A model generated the notes under the pieces. The model had not been told where the DNA came from, did not search any database, and was given only the letters and a program-made list of their open reading frames with translations. Positions 48,814 through 61,434 of a DNA stretch of 64,000 nt are shown here, piece after piece (position 1 is the first letter of the stretch; every line of letters starts with the position of its first letter). The position numbers and the translations under genes are program-made. The stretch is from Neocallimastix sp. 'constans' (taxonomy: Eukaryota), in contig JBODTK010000139.1 in assembly GCA_050613775.1 (NCBI GenBank), positions 372,001 through 436,000 of the forward strand, in the 5' to 3' direction.

Positions 48814-51800
48814 TTATTGCTTTTGGCATTGAGAGAAGAATTCATTGACTTCAACACAAGAACCTTCGCTACAACAGGTTGGTCCAGTATATCCCTTACC
48901 ACCACATTGGTTCCAAATGCTAGAGCATTCTTCACGTTTAGCTTTGTCAGTTGGCTTTGGAAGGATCTTTTTTAAAGCCTTGAACCAGTTTTTGGCAATC
49001 TTTTGGTATCCCTTGCCAGTTGGATGAAGTTTATCTTCACCAATATCTTTCATTCCATTAAGACCTCCATGAATATCAACGAACTTAATTTTCTTACCTT
49101 CCTTGGCATAATCATTATATACCTTCTTAACAACAGAATTGAAATTGGCAACTCTTTCAGCAGTTCCTCCATATTCTCTGAATTCTGGAATAGTACCAAT
49201 AATAACAACACCTTCTTCCTTCATATCACGATAGAAGTAATCAAGTACAGTGTGGAGATCATTTTCACAAGATTTCTTATCACGATTGGCGGTCATATCA
49301 TTAGTACCAATAAGAAGAAGAATAACATCTGGATTAGATTTCTTGACAGCATCTTTTCTAATGAGCTTTTCATATAATCCACTATTATTACTCCAACTGT
49401 TTGGTTGTTGTAACATAGTGAAACCACTGTGAGCTTCGTTGTTATCATCATAAGTATAAGTCTTTCCGTCAATTTCTACAGTAGCAACATCTTCACCTTC
49501 AGTACCAACAAAGTCAAAGTTGTAACCACTTTCCTTGAGAAGGTTGTAAAGGTATTTTCTGTAACCACCATCTTCACCAATACCGAAAGTGATTGAATCA
49601 CCAATTGGCATAATTCTAACAGCATCGGTTGATTGGTCCTCTTTAATGTAAACCTTAGCATATGGGAAATCAGCAGTACCACTAGTACCATCATGAATAC
49701 TACCAGCTTCTCCTAAAACTTTAGCTTCATGTAATTTACCTAATTTCATACCAAGTTCTTCCCATTTCTTGAAGTGAGCGGTAATATCAATAGTACCACA
49801 ATCACGAGCTTCCTTACGAACACTGAAGAATTGTTTGAATGTGGTTTCACCATCAATAGATGGAGCATTGTAACGAGTGTTTTCATAAACAGTGTATTCA
49901 GCACCATCAATAATAAAGTCTCCATGTTTCTTTTCACCAACCCAGTCACCTGGACGGTTTTCACTAAGCCAGTTATCAACAACATAGTATTCAATAAGTG
50001 GTTCACGACTCCAACCATAAATACCAATGTAGGAATAATCTACATCTTCGGTATCTTTCTTAATAAGTTTGAAATCAGCATATAAGTGTCCAATTTCTTC
50101 GTGAGTCTTAGTACTATCAAAGGAGAGACCGGAACGACATAAATAATCCTTAGATTTCTTAAATGAACAAGTGAATGAACCATCTTCATAGAAAGTGGCA
50201 CTGTTTTCACCACCTTGATACCAAATTTCATAACCAATATCACCAATAGAACCGACATTAATATCAGTTTCAGTAACACTCTTACCAGTGTGTTTTGTTA
50301 CAGCACAGAAGTCACTATCTGGACTTGGTTCATCAGTTTCGGTATTAGTTGGTTCAGGAGTAGTTGGTTCTTGAGAAATTAATTCTGGAAGAACTTCTTC
50401 ATCTAATATTTTGTACCAGAGTTTAGCAATCTTTTCATAACCTTTACCAGTTGGGTGAAGCTTATCTTCACCAATATCATTCATACCATCAAGACATCCA
50501 TGAGTATCAACGAATTTAATGTTTTTACCGTCACTGGCATAGTCATCAGCAACCTTCTTAACAACAGCGTTGAAATTAGCAACTCTTTCAGCAGTTCCTC
50601 CATATTCTCTGAATTCTGGAATAGTACCAATAATTACAATACCTTCTTCCTTCATATCACGATAGAAGTAATCAAGTAAAGTATGGAAATCATATTCACA
50701 GATATCCATTTTACGGTTAGCAGTCATATCATTAGTACCAATAATAAGAAGAATTACATCTGGATTAGACTTCTTGATTGCATCTTTTCTAATAAGGGTT
50801 TCGTATAAACCACTATCATTACTCCAACTGGTTGTAATTTGCTTAATAGTGAAACCACTGTGAGCTTCGTTGTTATCATCATAAGTATAAGTCTTTCCGT
50901 CAATTTCTACAGTAGCAACATCTTCACCTTCAGTACCAACAAAGTCAAAGTTGTAACCACTTTCCTTGAGAAGGTTGTAAAGGTATTTTCTGTAACCACC
51001 ATCTTCACCAAAACCGAAAGTGATTGAATCACCAATTGGCATAATCTTTATAACTCTTTCAGTGTTTTTTGTTGATTCATGAGTAGCTTCTTCCTTGATG
51101 TAAACCTTGGCATATGGGAAATCAGCAGTACCACTAGTACCATCATGAATACTACCAGCTTCTCCTAAAACTTTAGCTTCATGTAATTTACCTAATTTCA
51201 TACCAAGTTCTTCCCATTTCTTGAAATGAGCAGTAATATCAATTGTACCACAATCACGAGCTTCCTTACGAACACTGAAGAATTGTTTGAATGTGGTTTC
51301 ACCATCAATAGATGGAGCATTGTAACGAGTGTTTTCATAAACAGTATATTCAGCACCATCAATAATAAAGTCTCCATGTTTCTTTTCACCAACCCAGTCA
51401 CCTGGACGGTTTTCACTAAGCCAGTTATCAACAACATAGTATTCAATAAGTGGTTCACGACTCCAACCATAAATACCAATGTAGGAATAATCTACATCTT
51501 CGGTATCTTTCTTAATAAGTTTGAAATCAGCATATAAGTGACCAATTTCTTCGTGAGTCTTAGTACTATCAAATGAGAGACCGGAACGACATAAATAGTC
51601 CTTAGATTTCTTAAATGAACAAGTGAATGAACCATCTTCATAGAAAGTGGCACTGTTTTCACCACCTTGATACCAAATTTCATAACCAATATCACCTATA
51701 GAACCGACATTGATTTCAGTTTCAGTAACACTCTTACCAGTGTGTTTAGTAACAGCACAGAAATCACTAACTGAAGTTGGTTCAACAGTTTCAGTAGCAG

Positions 51801-54603
51801 TTGGAACTTCAACTGGAGCAGCAATAGAAGTTTCTTCATTTTCACTACCACTGTCTTCTACATCATTTTCTTCATCATCGTCATCAACTACTACTTCGTT
51901 TTCATCAGCACTATCTTCTTCAGCTTGTTCAGAAACATCTGAAGCATCAACGTCAACTTCATTTTCACTTAAATCATTAACTTCTTCATCGGATTCAACT
52001 TCAACTTCAGTTTCAACTTCAACTTCAGTTTCTTTATCACCAATGTAAACCTTGGCATATGGGAAATCAGCAGTACCACTAGTACCATCATGAATACTAC
52101 CAGCTTCTCCTAAAACTTTAGCTTCATGTAATTTACCTAATTTCATACCAAGTTCTTCCCATTTCTTGAAATGAGCAGTAATATCAATTGTACCACAATC
52201 ACGAGCTTCCTTACGAACACTGAAGAATTGTTTGAATGTAGTTTCACCATCAATAGATGGAGCATTGTAACGAGTGTTTTCATAAACAGTATATTCAGCA
52301 CCATCAATAATAAAGTCTCCATGTTTCTTTTCACCAACCCAGTCACCTGGACGGTTTTCACTAAGCCAGTTATCAACAACATAGTATTCAATAAGTGGTT
52401 CACGACTCCAACCATAAATACCAATGTAGGAATAATCTACATCTTCGGTATCTTTCTTAATAAGTTTGAAATCAGCATATAAGTGACCAATTTCTTCGTG
52501 GGTCTTAGTACTATCAAATGAGAGACCGGAACGACATAAATAGTCCTTAGATTTCTTAAATGAGCAAGTAAATGAACCATCTTCATAGAAAGTGGCACTG
52601 TTTTCACCACCTTGATACCAAATTTCATAACCAATATCACCAATAGAACCGACATTGATTTCAGTTTCAGTAACACTCTTACCAGTGTGCTTAGTAACAG
52701 CACAGAAGTCACTATCTAACGTTGATTCATCAGTTTCAGTATTAGTAGTGTCTTCCTTTTCACTATTTTTTTCTTCTACATCAGCCTTATCATTTGAATT
52801 TTCAACATCTTCATCATTATCATTTTTTTCTTCGGTTTCAACTTCATTATCATCACCATTGTCTTCTTCAGCTTTTTCAGAAACATCTGAAGCATTATCT
52901 TCAACTTCAGTTTCTTTATCACCAATGTAAACTTTAGCATATGGGAAATCAGCAGTACCACTAGTACCATCATGAATACTACCAGCTTCTCCTAAAACTT
53001 TAGCTTCATGTAATTTACCTAATTTCATACCAAGTTCTTCCCATTTCTTGAAGTGAGCAGTAATATCAATAGTACCACATTCACGAGCTTCCTTACGAAC
53101 ACTGAAGAATTGTTTGAATGTAGTTTCACCATCAATAGATGGAGCATTGTAACGAGTGTTTTCATAAACAGTATATTCAGCACCATCAATAATAAAGTCT
53201 CCATGTTTCTTTTCACCAACCCAGTCACCTGGACGGTTTTCACTAAGCCAGTTATCAACAACATAGTATTCAATAAGTGGTTCACGACTCCAACCATAAA
53301 TACCAATGTAGGAATAATCTACATCTTCGGTATCTTTCTTAATAAGTTTGAAATCAGCATATAAGTGACCAATTTCTTCGTGGGTCTTGGTACTATCAAA
53401 TGAGAGACCGGAACGACATAAATAGTCCTTAGATTTCTTAAATGAACAAGTGAATGAACCATCTTCATAGAAAGTGGCACTGTTTTCACCACCTTGATAC
53501 CAAATTTCATAACCAATATCACCTATAGAACCGACATTGATTTCAGTTTCAGTAACACTCTTACCAGTGTGTTTAGTAACAGCACAGAAATCACTAACTG
53601 AAGTTGGTTCAACAGTTTCAGTAGCAGTTGGAACTTCAACTGGAGCAGCAGCAGAAGTTTCTTCATTTTCACTACCACTGTCTTCTACATCATTTTCTAC
53701 ATCATCTTCATCAACTACTACTTCGTTTTCATCAGCACTATCTTCTTCAGCTTGTTCAGAAACATCTGAAGCATCAACATCAACATCAACTTCATTTTCA
53801 CTTAAATCATTAACTTCTTCATCGGATTCAACTTCAACTTCAGTTTCAACTTCAACTTCAGTTTCTTTATCACCAATGTAAACCTTGGCATATGGGAAAT
53901 CAGCAGTACCACTAGTACCATCATGAATACTACCAGCTTCTCCTAAAACTTTAGCTTCATGTAATTTACCTAATTTCATACCAAGTTCTTCCCATTTCTT
54001 GAAATGAGCAGTAATATCAATAGTACCACATTCACGAGCTTCCTTACGAACACTGAAGAATTGTTTGAATGTGGTTTCACCATCAATAGATGGAGCATTG
54101 TAACGAGTGTTTTCATAAACAGTATATTCAGCACCATCAATAATAAAGTCTCCATGTTTCTTTTCACCAACCCAATCACCTGGACGGTTTTCACTAAGCC
54201 AGTTATCAACAACATAGTATTCAATAAGTGGTTCACGACTCCAACCATAAATACCAATGTAGGAATAATCTACATCTTCGGTATCTTTCTTAATAAGTTT
54301 GAAATCAGCATATAAGTGACCAATTTCTTCGTGAGTCTTAGTACTATCAAATGAGAGACCGGAACGACATAAATAGTCCTTTGATTTTTTAAATGAACAA
54401 GTGAATGAACCATCTTCATAGAAAGTGGCACTGTTTTCACCACCTTGATACCAAATTTCATAACCAATATCACCAATAGAACCGACGTTTATGTCAGTCT
54501 CAGTAACACTTTTACCTGAATGTTTAGTGGTATTGCAGAAATCCTTAGCTACAATACCATTTAAAAGCAAGGATATTATTGAAATTGACTTTAAAAATTT
54601 CAT
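48814..54603 (-). CDS. Secreted multimodular xylanase-esterase: SP-GH11-GH11-GH11-GH11-SGNH-GH11-SGNH-CBM1 (1929 aa)
   Basis: Five GH11 domains, each with PLIEYYVVD and KVLGEAG catalytic Glu motifs. Two SGNH domains (GDSITFG, IGTND, DKLHP; CE3-like). C-terminal CBM1 (WNQCGGKGYTGPTCC..NEFFSQC). Intronless. Confidence 0.93.
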   Translation of the reverse strand: MKFLKSISIISLLLNGIVAKDFCNTTKHSGKSVTETDINVGSIGDIGYEIWYQGGENSATFYEDGSFTCSFKKSKDYLCRSGLSFDSTKTHEEIGHLYADFKLIKKDTEDVDYSYIGIYGWSREPLIEYYVVDNWLSENRPGDWVGEKKHGDFIIDGAEYTVYENTRYNAPSIDGETTFKQFFSVRKEARECGTIDITAHFKKWEELGMKLGKLHEAKVLGEAGSIHDGTSGTADFPYAKVYIGDKETEVEVETEVEVESDEEVNDLSENEVDVDVDASDVSEQAEEDSADENEVVVDEDDVENDVEDSGSENEETSAAAPVEVPTATETVEPTSVSDFCAVTKHTGKSVTETEINVGSIGDIGYEIWYQGGENSATFYEDGSFTCSFKKSKDYLCRSGLSFDSTKTHEEIGHLYADFKLIKKDTEDVDYSYIGIYGWSREPLIEYYVVDNWLSENRPGDWVGEKKHGDFIIDGAEYTVYENTRYNAPSIDGETTFKQFFSVRKEARECGTIDITAHFKKWEELGMKLGKLHEAKVLGEAGSIHDGTSGTADFPYAKVYIGDKETEVEDNASDVSEKAEEDNGDDNEVETEEKNDNDEDVENSNDKADVEEKNSEKEDTTNTETDESTLDSDFCAVTKHTGKSVTETEINVGSIGDIGYEIWYQGGENSATFYEDGSFTCSFKKSKDYLCRSGLSFDSTKTHEEIGHLYADFKLIKKDTEDVDYSYIGIYGWSREPLIEYYVVDNWLSENRPGDWVGEKKHGDFIIDGAEYTVYENTRYNAPSIDGETTFKQFFSVRKEARDCGTIDITAHFKKWEELGMKLGKLHEAKVLGEAGSIHDGTSGTADFPYAKVYIGDKETEVEVETEVEVESDEEVNDLSENEVDVDASDVSEQAEEDSADENEVVVDDDDEENDVEDSGSENEETSIAAPVEVPTATETVEPTSVSDFCAVTKHTGKSVTETEINVGSIGDIGYEIWYQGGENSATFYEDGSFTCSFKKSKDYLCRSGLSFDSTKTHEEIGHLYADFKLIKKDTEDVDYSYIGIYGWSREPLIEYYVVDNWLSENRPGDWVGEKKHGDFIIDGAEYTVYENTRYNAPSIDGETTFKQFFSVRKEARDCGTIDITAHFKKWEELGMKLGKLHEAKVLGEAGSIHDGTSGTADFPYAKVYIKEEATHESTKNTERVIKIMPIGDSITFGFGEDGGYRKYLYNLLKESGYNFDFVGTEGEDVATVEIDGKTYTYDDNNEAHSGFTIKQITTSWSNDSGLYETLIRKDAIKKSNPDVILLIIGTNDMTANRKMDICEYDFHTLLDYFYRDMKEEGIVIIGTIPEFREYGGTAERVANFNAVVKKVADDYASDGKNIKFVDTHGCLDGMNDIGEDKLHPTGKGYEKIAKLWYKILDEEVLPELISQEPTTPEPTNTETDEPSPDSDFCAVTKHTGKSVTETDINVGSIGDIGYEIWYQGGENSATFYEDGSFTCSFKKSKDYLCRSGLSFDSTKTHEEIGHLYADFKLIKKDTEDVDYSYIGIYGWSREPLIEYYVVDNWLSENRPGDWVGEKKHGDFIIDGAEYTVYENTRYNAPSIDGETTFKQFFSVRKEARDCGTIDITAHFKKWEELGMKLGKLHEAKVLGEAGSIHDGTSGTADFPYAKVYIKEDQSTDAVRIMPIGDSITFGIGEDGGYRKYLYNLLKESGYNFDFVGTEGEDVATVEIDGKTYTYDDNNEAHSGFTMLQQPNSWSNNSGLYEKLIRKDAVKKSNPDVILLLIGTNDMTANRDKKSCENDLHTVLDYFYRDMKEEGVVIIGTIPEFREYGGTAERVANFNSVVKKVYNDYAKEGKKIKFVDIHGGLNGMKDIGEDKLHPTGKGYQKIAKNWFKALKKILPKPTDKAKREECSSIWNQCGGKGYTGPTCCSEGSCVEVNEFFSQCQKQ

Positions 54604-55162
54604 TTTTTATTTTTTATTTTGTTCAATTCTATATATAACCAATTTACAATTAAAATTGGCTAATATTAAATAAATAAATAAAAGGAAAAATTTTTATAAA
54701 CAAAAAATAATGGAATTTTAGTTTTTTTATATGATTTTTAAAAATATTTCAATTAATTAATATACGGTATCTTCATTTTTTTTTATTAATTTCAAAATTT
54801 AATTTATTTATTATAAATATATATTTATATTAAACCTTATTATTACGATAAACCTTAATTATTAATAAATTTAAATATTATTAAACTTTTATTTTTTTTA
54901 TAATACTAATATATACTTAAAATGTATAAATACTTTTAGGAAATCTCATGAAAATAACCAATACTTTATAATTAATTAATTTATTTAAATATTATTAGTA
55001 GTATTATCAAATTGTTAATAACTAATATACCTGATGATATTGACACTATTTTATAATAAGGATATAGAATATAATTTAAAATGGGAATCAATATTATATT
55101 AAATAACAATAGAAATATTAAACATCAAAGTTTTTAATTTATTTTTTAATCAAAAAATTATC

Positions 55163-55410
55163 TTTTTTAATTTAAATTTCATTATAAAATATGTCTTTTA
55201 AGAATAGTAGAATGTACTATGTTATACAATCAATAACATTTTTTATTAAACTGTATTGCAAATTTGCAAACAATTGCCATAAATAAATCATTTTTTAATT
55301 TAAATTTCATTATAAAATAATGTCTTTTAAGAATAGTAGAATGTATTATGTTATACAATCAATAATATTTCTTATTAAACTGTATTGCAAATTTGAAAAC
55401 AATTGCCATA
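55163..55410. repeat. Tandem duplication (about 128-bp period) upstream of the xylanase
   Basis: tgtcttttaagaatagtagaatgta..ctgtattgcaaatttg.aaacaattgccata occurs twice. Confidence 0.85.
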
Positions 55411-56514
55411 TAATAAATAATAATATTTAAAAAAAATAAATAAATAAATAATAAATAATAATAAATAATTAATAAACAAATTATAATATATAATAAATAA
55501 TAATAAATAATAAAATATTTAAAAAATTAAAATTTATCATTAATCTTAATATAATTACAAATGAAAAGAAAATAAAAAGTAGTTAATGATAAATGATAAA
55601 TGAAATAATAAATAACAATGAGAAGGTTACATTTAATAATTAATTATTAATATAGAAAAAAAAGTATACAATTATAATATTAATTAAGAAGGTTACATTT
55701 AATAATTATATATTAATAAAGAAAAAAAATATATACAGTTATAATATTAATTAATAAATTAAAGGTTTTCATATTTAATTATTTTATTATTATTTATAAA
55801 AGAAAAAAAAAATGTCTCAAAACAACTGATTAAAAATTTAATTCAAGATAAAATAAAAAAAAACAAAGAGAAATTTTTAATTAATTATTTTTAATAAGAA
55901 AATTTAACTCAACCCATTTTTAAAATGCGGAAAAGAACTAAGAAGAAAGATATTGGTAAAAAAATATTTAATATGAATAATAGGAAAGATAAAAGAGAAT
56001 GATTAAATTAATACTTTTTATTTTAAAAAAAAATATATATATATATATATTTAATATTTTTTTTCCCATTAAATTAAAGCAATTTCAGCTAATTACATAT
56101 TAATTGGGAAAAAAATAAACTGAAATTGGTTTAATATAATAGAAAAAAAAAAAAAAAATATTAATGTGTAATTCGAGTAACTACTATAATATATATATCT
56201 TTTTAATATTATTAGCAAATTATTCAATATTTAATAAATATTAAAAATAGGTTAAGGATGAATTTTCCAGTAGCACTAACAGCAAATTGAAAAGTTATTA
56301 ATGTAAAATAGAAAAATAATTTTTTTTTTATTATTATTAAATAAATTTAATAATAATTTATATGCATTTAAAAAATAAAATAATATAATATTGAATATAA
56401 ATAATTTTAAAATCTCTTCATTTAAAGCGCTTTATTCTGTTTTTATATATATATATATAATATTGTTATTATTTTATTTATATTTTTATACTTCAATTCC
56501 ACTAACTCCTTTTA

Positions 56515-56660
56515 TTTTATTTTATTTTATTTAATCTGTACTTTATATTTAATATTCTACTATTTATTTTTCTACTATTTATTTTATTTTATTTTATCTG
56601 CACTTTATATTCATATTTCTACTATTTATTTTATTTTATTTTATTTTATTTTATTTTATT
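56515..56660. repeat. Degenerate third locus of the compound satellite
   Basis: aatctgtactttatatttaatattctactattt and tctgcactttatattcatatttctacta lie within TTTTA runs. Confidence 0.7.
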
Positions 56661-56702
56661 AATTTTACTATTACTATTGTTATATATATATATATAAAAT
56701 TC

Positions 56703-56733
<31 letters not shown>

Positions 56734-59523
56734 AAAATGATAATAGTATTTTATTCTTCTTTATTACAAAAATAATAAGTATTATCTGAAATTTTATAAA
56801 ACATATTAGTTTATATCAATTTAAATAGAAGAAATGAGTCATAATCCATTTACATTTTATTATTTAAAGTAATCATATGATTTAACATAGTTCTATCCTT
56901 TTAGGGAGAACTTTTATTAATTATTTATAAAATTTATTTAATAATTTATGAATAAATTTATTTAATTAATAATGACCTCTAATAATAATGTTAAGATGAT
57001 TAAAAAAATTTTTTTTTTATATTTATATATATTTATTTATCACACTATCAATAATTTATTAATTATGTCAAGAACTTGCGTTTAAGATGTCCATTGACTA
57101 TTTAAAATATTTAGAATAGAAATTAAAATAAAAAAAAATAATAACATTAAACATTATAAAAAAAAAAATATGAATTATAAATATTAAAAATAAAAAAATA
57201 AACAAATTAACAAAATAAATTTATGTTTAAGTATTATATTACATTACTTTTTAATTATTATTAAAGTTTATATTTGTATTAATTAATTGAATTAATATCA
57301 AATAATACTTATATGATATTAATAAATCTAATAGCTTATCACCTAATGGGAGTCAGTGTAACAAAATATTTAAAAGGTTTATCAACTGTAAATTATAAAT
57401 TAAATAATTTATTATATATTAATAAAGTTTGTGTAATCTTTCATTATACTTTTTAATATTTCAAATTATTTAAATTGTTTTGTTGAAAAAAGAAGAATAT
57501 AAGTATTAATAATATATAATACTTTACAATTTTATATATTAAAATATAATTTGGGAATGTCTATATCGTATTAGTCTAATCCTGATTCTAAACAAAATTT
57601 CATTTTTTGATGTTAGAAATAAAAATACATATTTAAGATTTTAAAATACATTTAAATTATTAATGAGACTATATTTTTAATGAAGGATAATTAATAGAGA
57701 AAAAAAAGCTTAATTGTTTTAATGTTTAAAAAAAATAAACAATTTTTGAACATTTTATTTCTTTTTTTATATATATAATTATATAATTTAAATATATATC
57801 TATAAGAGCTTTTTTTCAACTATAATAATTAATTTTATTTTATAAAATACTTATAAATGAAATGGTTATCATAATAAACTTATATCTTTTTATTTAATTA
57901 AAGATAAATTATTTATCATTTTAAAAACCTCATTCGTCATCAGAGTTAGTATAGTATGATTATAAATCAATCTATACAACAATTGTAAAACATTAAAGCT
58001 TGTTTTTTTTTTTTTTTTTTTTATCATTCTTCATTCAAAAGGATTTTATTATTACCATTTTTATCATTTGAAATTAAATTTAAACACAATATATTATAAC
58101 AGTCAATTTCAAAAGCTGGAGATTTCATAAAATATTATTTCTTTAATTGATTTATAATTAAAATCAGAATTTAAAATAAAAATAATCATAAAAATAATAT
58201 AAATTTTGTATAATTTTAGAATTTAAAAATAAAAATATTAATTTATTAATTTATTTAAAATTTAAAGAGATATTTTTATTTTTGGTTTTATCATTATAAA
58301 GATTTATAAGAATTTTTTTATAAAAAAAAAATATACATATATATATTGTATTGTTTAATATCATTTTTAAAATTCTTATATCATCATAATCTCTATTTTT
58401 ATAACATGAAGTTTAATTAATAAAATATTTAATTAAAATTATTTATATTGATTTTTTAATATTTTTATTTAATTATTCAAATATTAATATCCTGTACTGA
58501 TTTTGTATTATAATAATTAATGAATATTTAATTATCTGTATTAGAAAATAAATATATATATAAATAAATAAATAAATAAATAAATAGAATTATTAATATA
58601 TAAATGAAAGTTTAGTGCATATAATATTATCTCTAGCTATGTAATAATAATAATAATAATAATAATTGAATTTCTACATAACAATTATATTAATAATTAA
58701 GAGATATTTATATATATATCATAAATTATACTTTTTTATTTAGTTTTAATAAGGAAAGAACAAAAAACTTTTTTTTTTTTACGACTCAATTTACAATATA
58801 GCCTAACCCAATGAGTTAACTCCCTTGGCAAATATGTATAGGTCAAAAAATATTGCAATTTAGTAGAATATATCTATATCACTTAAGTAGAATATATATC
58901 TACATGGACATATGATATGTATCTAAATGATAATAATCCCCCTCATAAATATATTGAATGACAATGATTATGTAACCCTCTTAGGCCCACAGTTAAGAAA
59001 GTTTTCTTGTCTACATTATTTTGGAGATTTAGAATTATATATATATATATATATATATATAAGAGGGAAATACTTAACCTGTAACCCTAACCACCAAATT
59101 CCGTAAAAACATCTTGTGAGGATAATCTTGGAGAATGGTCAAAGGGTGAGATCAAAACAGTCAGGATAGAACCTCGTTTGATTGTTCATGAGAATTCTTT
59201 GAATTCAATTTAAAAAATTCATGAGTCATTTATATATGCAATAAGGCAGGGTAGTAGTACCAAGTTTTACAATATTGGTACTTCATTACATACATACCTA
59301 CCTTGGAAAGTCAAAGTTTTCCACTTCTAAATATAAATAAAAGATTAAAATATTAAATTTAATCAATTAAAAATACATCAATTACAGTAACAAAAGTTTT
59401 AATTATGTAAATTTGTTAGGATTGAATAAAATATTTATATTTAATTTAATAAATGTTAGCAAATGTATTACAAGAGGAAATTTTTCTTTTTAGAATCAGT
59501 TTAAAATAATTTATAAATATATA

Positions 59524-59579
<56 letters not shown>

Positions 59580-60064
59580 AATAAATAAATTTTTTTATTA
59601 CTTTTTCATATTTTTTTTTTTTAAAAAAAAACACATATTTATAATAAATTTGTAATCTAAATAATAAATAAAAAAAAGTATGTTATTAAAATATAAAATT
59701 GAAATAACAATTTTTATGTACAATTATAAATTATGATAAACTAATAAATATAAAGTTATAATTAATTCATAATTCTGAATGTTTATTATCAAAATTAAAA
59801 ATGAATAATAAAAAAGTTATTAATGATATTAATAATCCATCAAATTTTAAAGATTGATGTTAATTATCTATTGTAAACTTATAATTGATCATTATTATTT
59901 ATTATTATTTTAATTTCATTTCATTTAAATAAAATTAAAATATGTAATTAACAAACTTTTTTATTTTATATTATTATAATAATATTATTATTACATAAAT
60001 TCTAATAAATAGATTTTTTTTATACTATCAGGAAATTTGAAATTCATTACACAATAAAAAAATA

Positions 60065-60538
60065 ATGAGTAACAGAACAGATGTATTAAAAAAGTGTTAC
60101 AATTTAGAACAACATCCAGAAGGTGGTTGGTTCACTGAACATTACACTGCTCCATTTGAAAAAGACGGAAGACCACTTGCTGGTAGTATTTATTTCTTAC
60201 TTGATAAAGGAGAAATTTCTCATTTCCATCAAATTGATTGTGATGAAATTTGGTATTTCCATGAAGGTTGTGGTTTGAAAGTAATAATGCTCACCGAAGA
60301 AAAAGGAAAAGAAGAATTTTTATTAGGAAATGATGTTGAAAATGGTCAAACAGCCATGGTACTTATTCCAAAGGGTGCCATTTTTGGTGCCGAAAACTTA
60401 AAATCAGATGGTTATACCTTTATTTCTTGTGCTACTACTCCTAATTTCACTTATGAAGGATTCAGACTTGTTGATAAAAAAGAAATTAAAGAAAAATTCC
60501 CAAAGTATTCTGAAGAACTTGAATATATGGCATATTAA
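60065..60538 (+). CDS. Cupin_5 (DUF985) family protein, bacterial-like
   Basis: LEQHPEGGWF, SIYFLL, SHFHQIDCDEIWYFHEG, ISCATTPNFTYEGF; intronless. Confidence 0.88.
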   Translation: MSNRTDVLKKCYNLEQHPEGGWFTEHYTAPFEKDGRPLAGSIYFLLDKGEISHFHQIDCDEIWYFHEGCGLKVIMLTEEKGKEEFLLGNDVENGQTAMVLIPKGAIFGAENLKSDGYTFISCATTPNFTYEGFRLVDKKEIKEKFPKYSEELEYMAY

Positions 60539-61095
60539 ATAAACAAATAGATAATAATAATAAAGAGAATATGAAGTAATAACTAACTAATTATTTATTT
60601 TATTAAAACAATCATTTTAATAATTTGATAAATTCAAATAATAAAAAAAAAAAAAACTATCTAACAATTAAAAATTAAATTCTAAAAAAATTAAAATAAA
60701 TTTCAATCATTAATTAATATATAAAATGTCATATATATATATGTGTGTGTGTGTCTGTGTTAAAAATCTATAAATATCTATATATATACAAAGTTTAATT
60801 AATTTTATTTCAATATTAATAATATATATGTTATGAATATGTCTTTCCTGTCTAAAAAGAAAAAAAAAAAAAAATGTTATGAATATGTATTATTTAAAGT
60901 ATTATTTATTTTAAGGTTATATTAATGTATATCTTAAAATAAATAGATTTTTTTTTTTTATAGCCGCAATTATTGCGAACTTTAATCTTTATTTATTTAT
61001 TCTTGTATTAAAATAAATAGAAATTTATTAATTAATTTATTAACATTAATGTGTGTAAATAAATCTTATTCATTTTTCTCTAATATAATTAACAG

Positions 61096-61136
<41 letters not shown>

Positions 61137-61227
61137 ATAAATTATCTATCTTTTGATTCATACACATAATAATATTCATTAAAAATGTTGAATAAAAAAA
61201 AAAAAAAAAAAAAAAAACTGTTAAATT

Positions 61228-61385
61228 TTATGGATAAGAATTTTTAAAGATAAAATTAGATACCACTATCATGCTATCATGAGTACCTTGGATTCTTGAT
61301 TGCATTGAGTTTTTAAGTGTTTTATCGAGATATTCCACCCAATGCGAATCAATATTATCGTCATCTGCAATAGCATTATTAATTA
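61228..61385 (-). pseudogene. Possible PI-PLC X-domain N-terminal fragment
   Basis: HWVEYLDKTLKNSMQSRIQGTHDS resembles the W..L...IPGTHDS motif, but a stop follows shortly and no continuation is visible. Confidence 0.35.
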
Positions 61386-61399
61386 ATGATATATATATA

Positions 61400-61434
<35 letters not shown>

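Noticed and set aside
48845..54476. Repeated short alternate-frame and antisense ORFs inside the xylanase
   Set aside because: They are shadows of the repeated GH11 and linker sequence and of biased codon usage.
59082..59092. TAACCCTAACC telomere-like motif
   Set aside because: Fewer than two full repeats, which is expected by chance.
190..60538. Transporter, xylanase and cupin as a PUL-like gene cluster
   Set aside because: The transporter is about 47 kb from the xylanase with unrelated genes between, and there is no sequence evidence of co-regulation.
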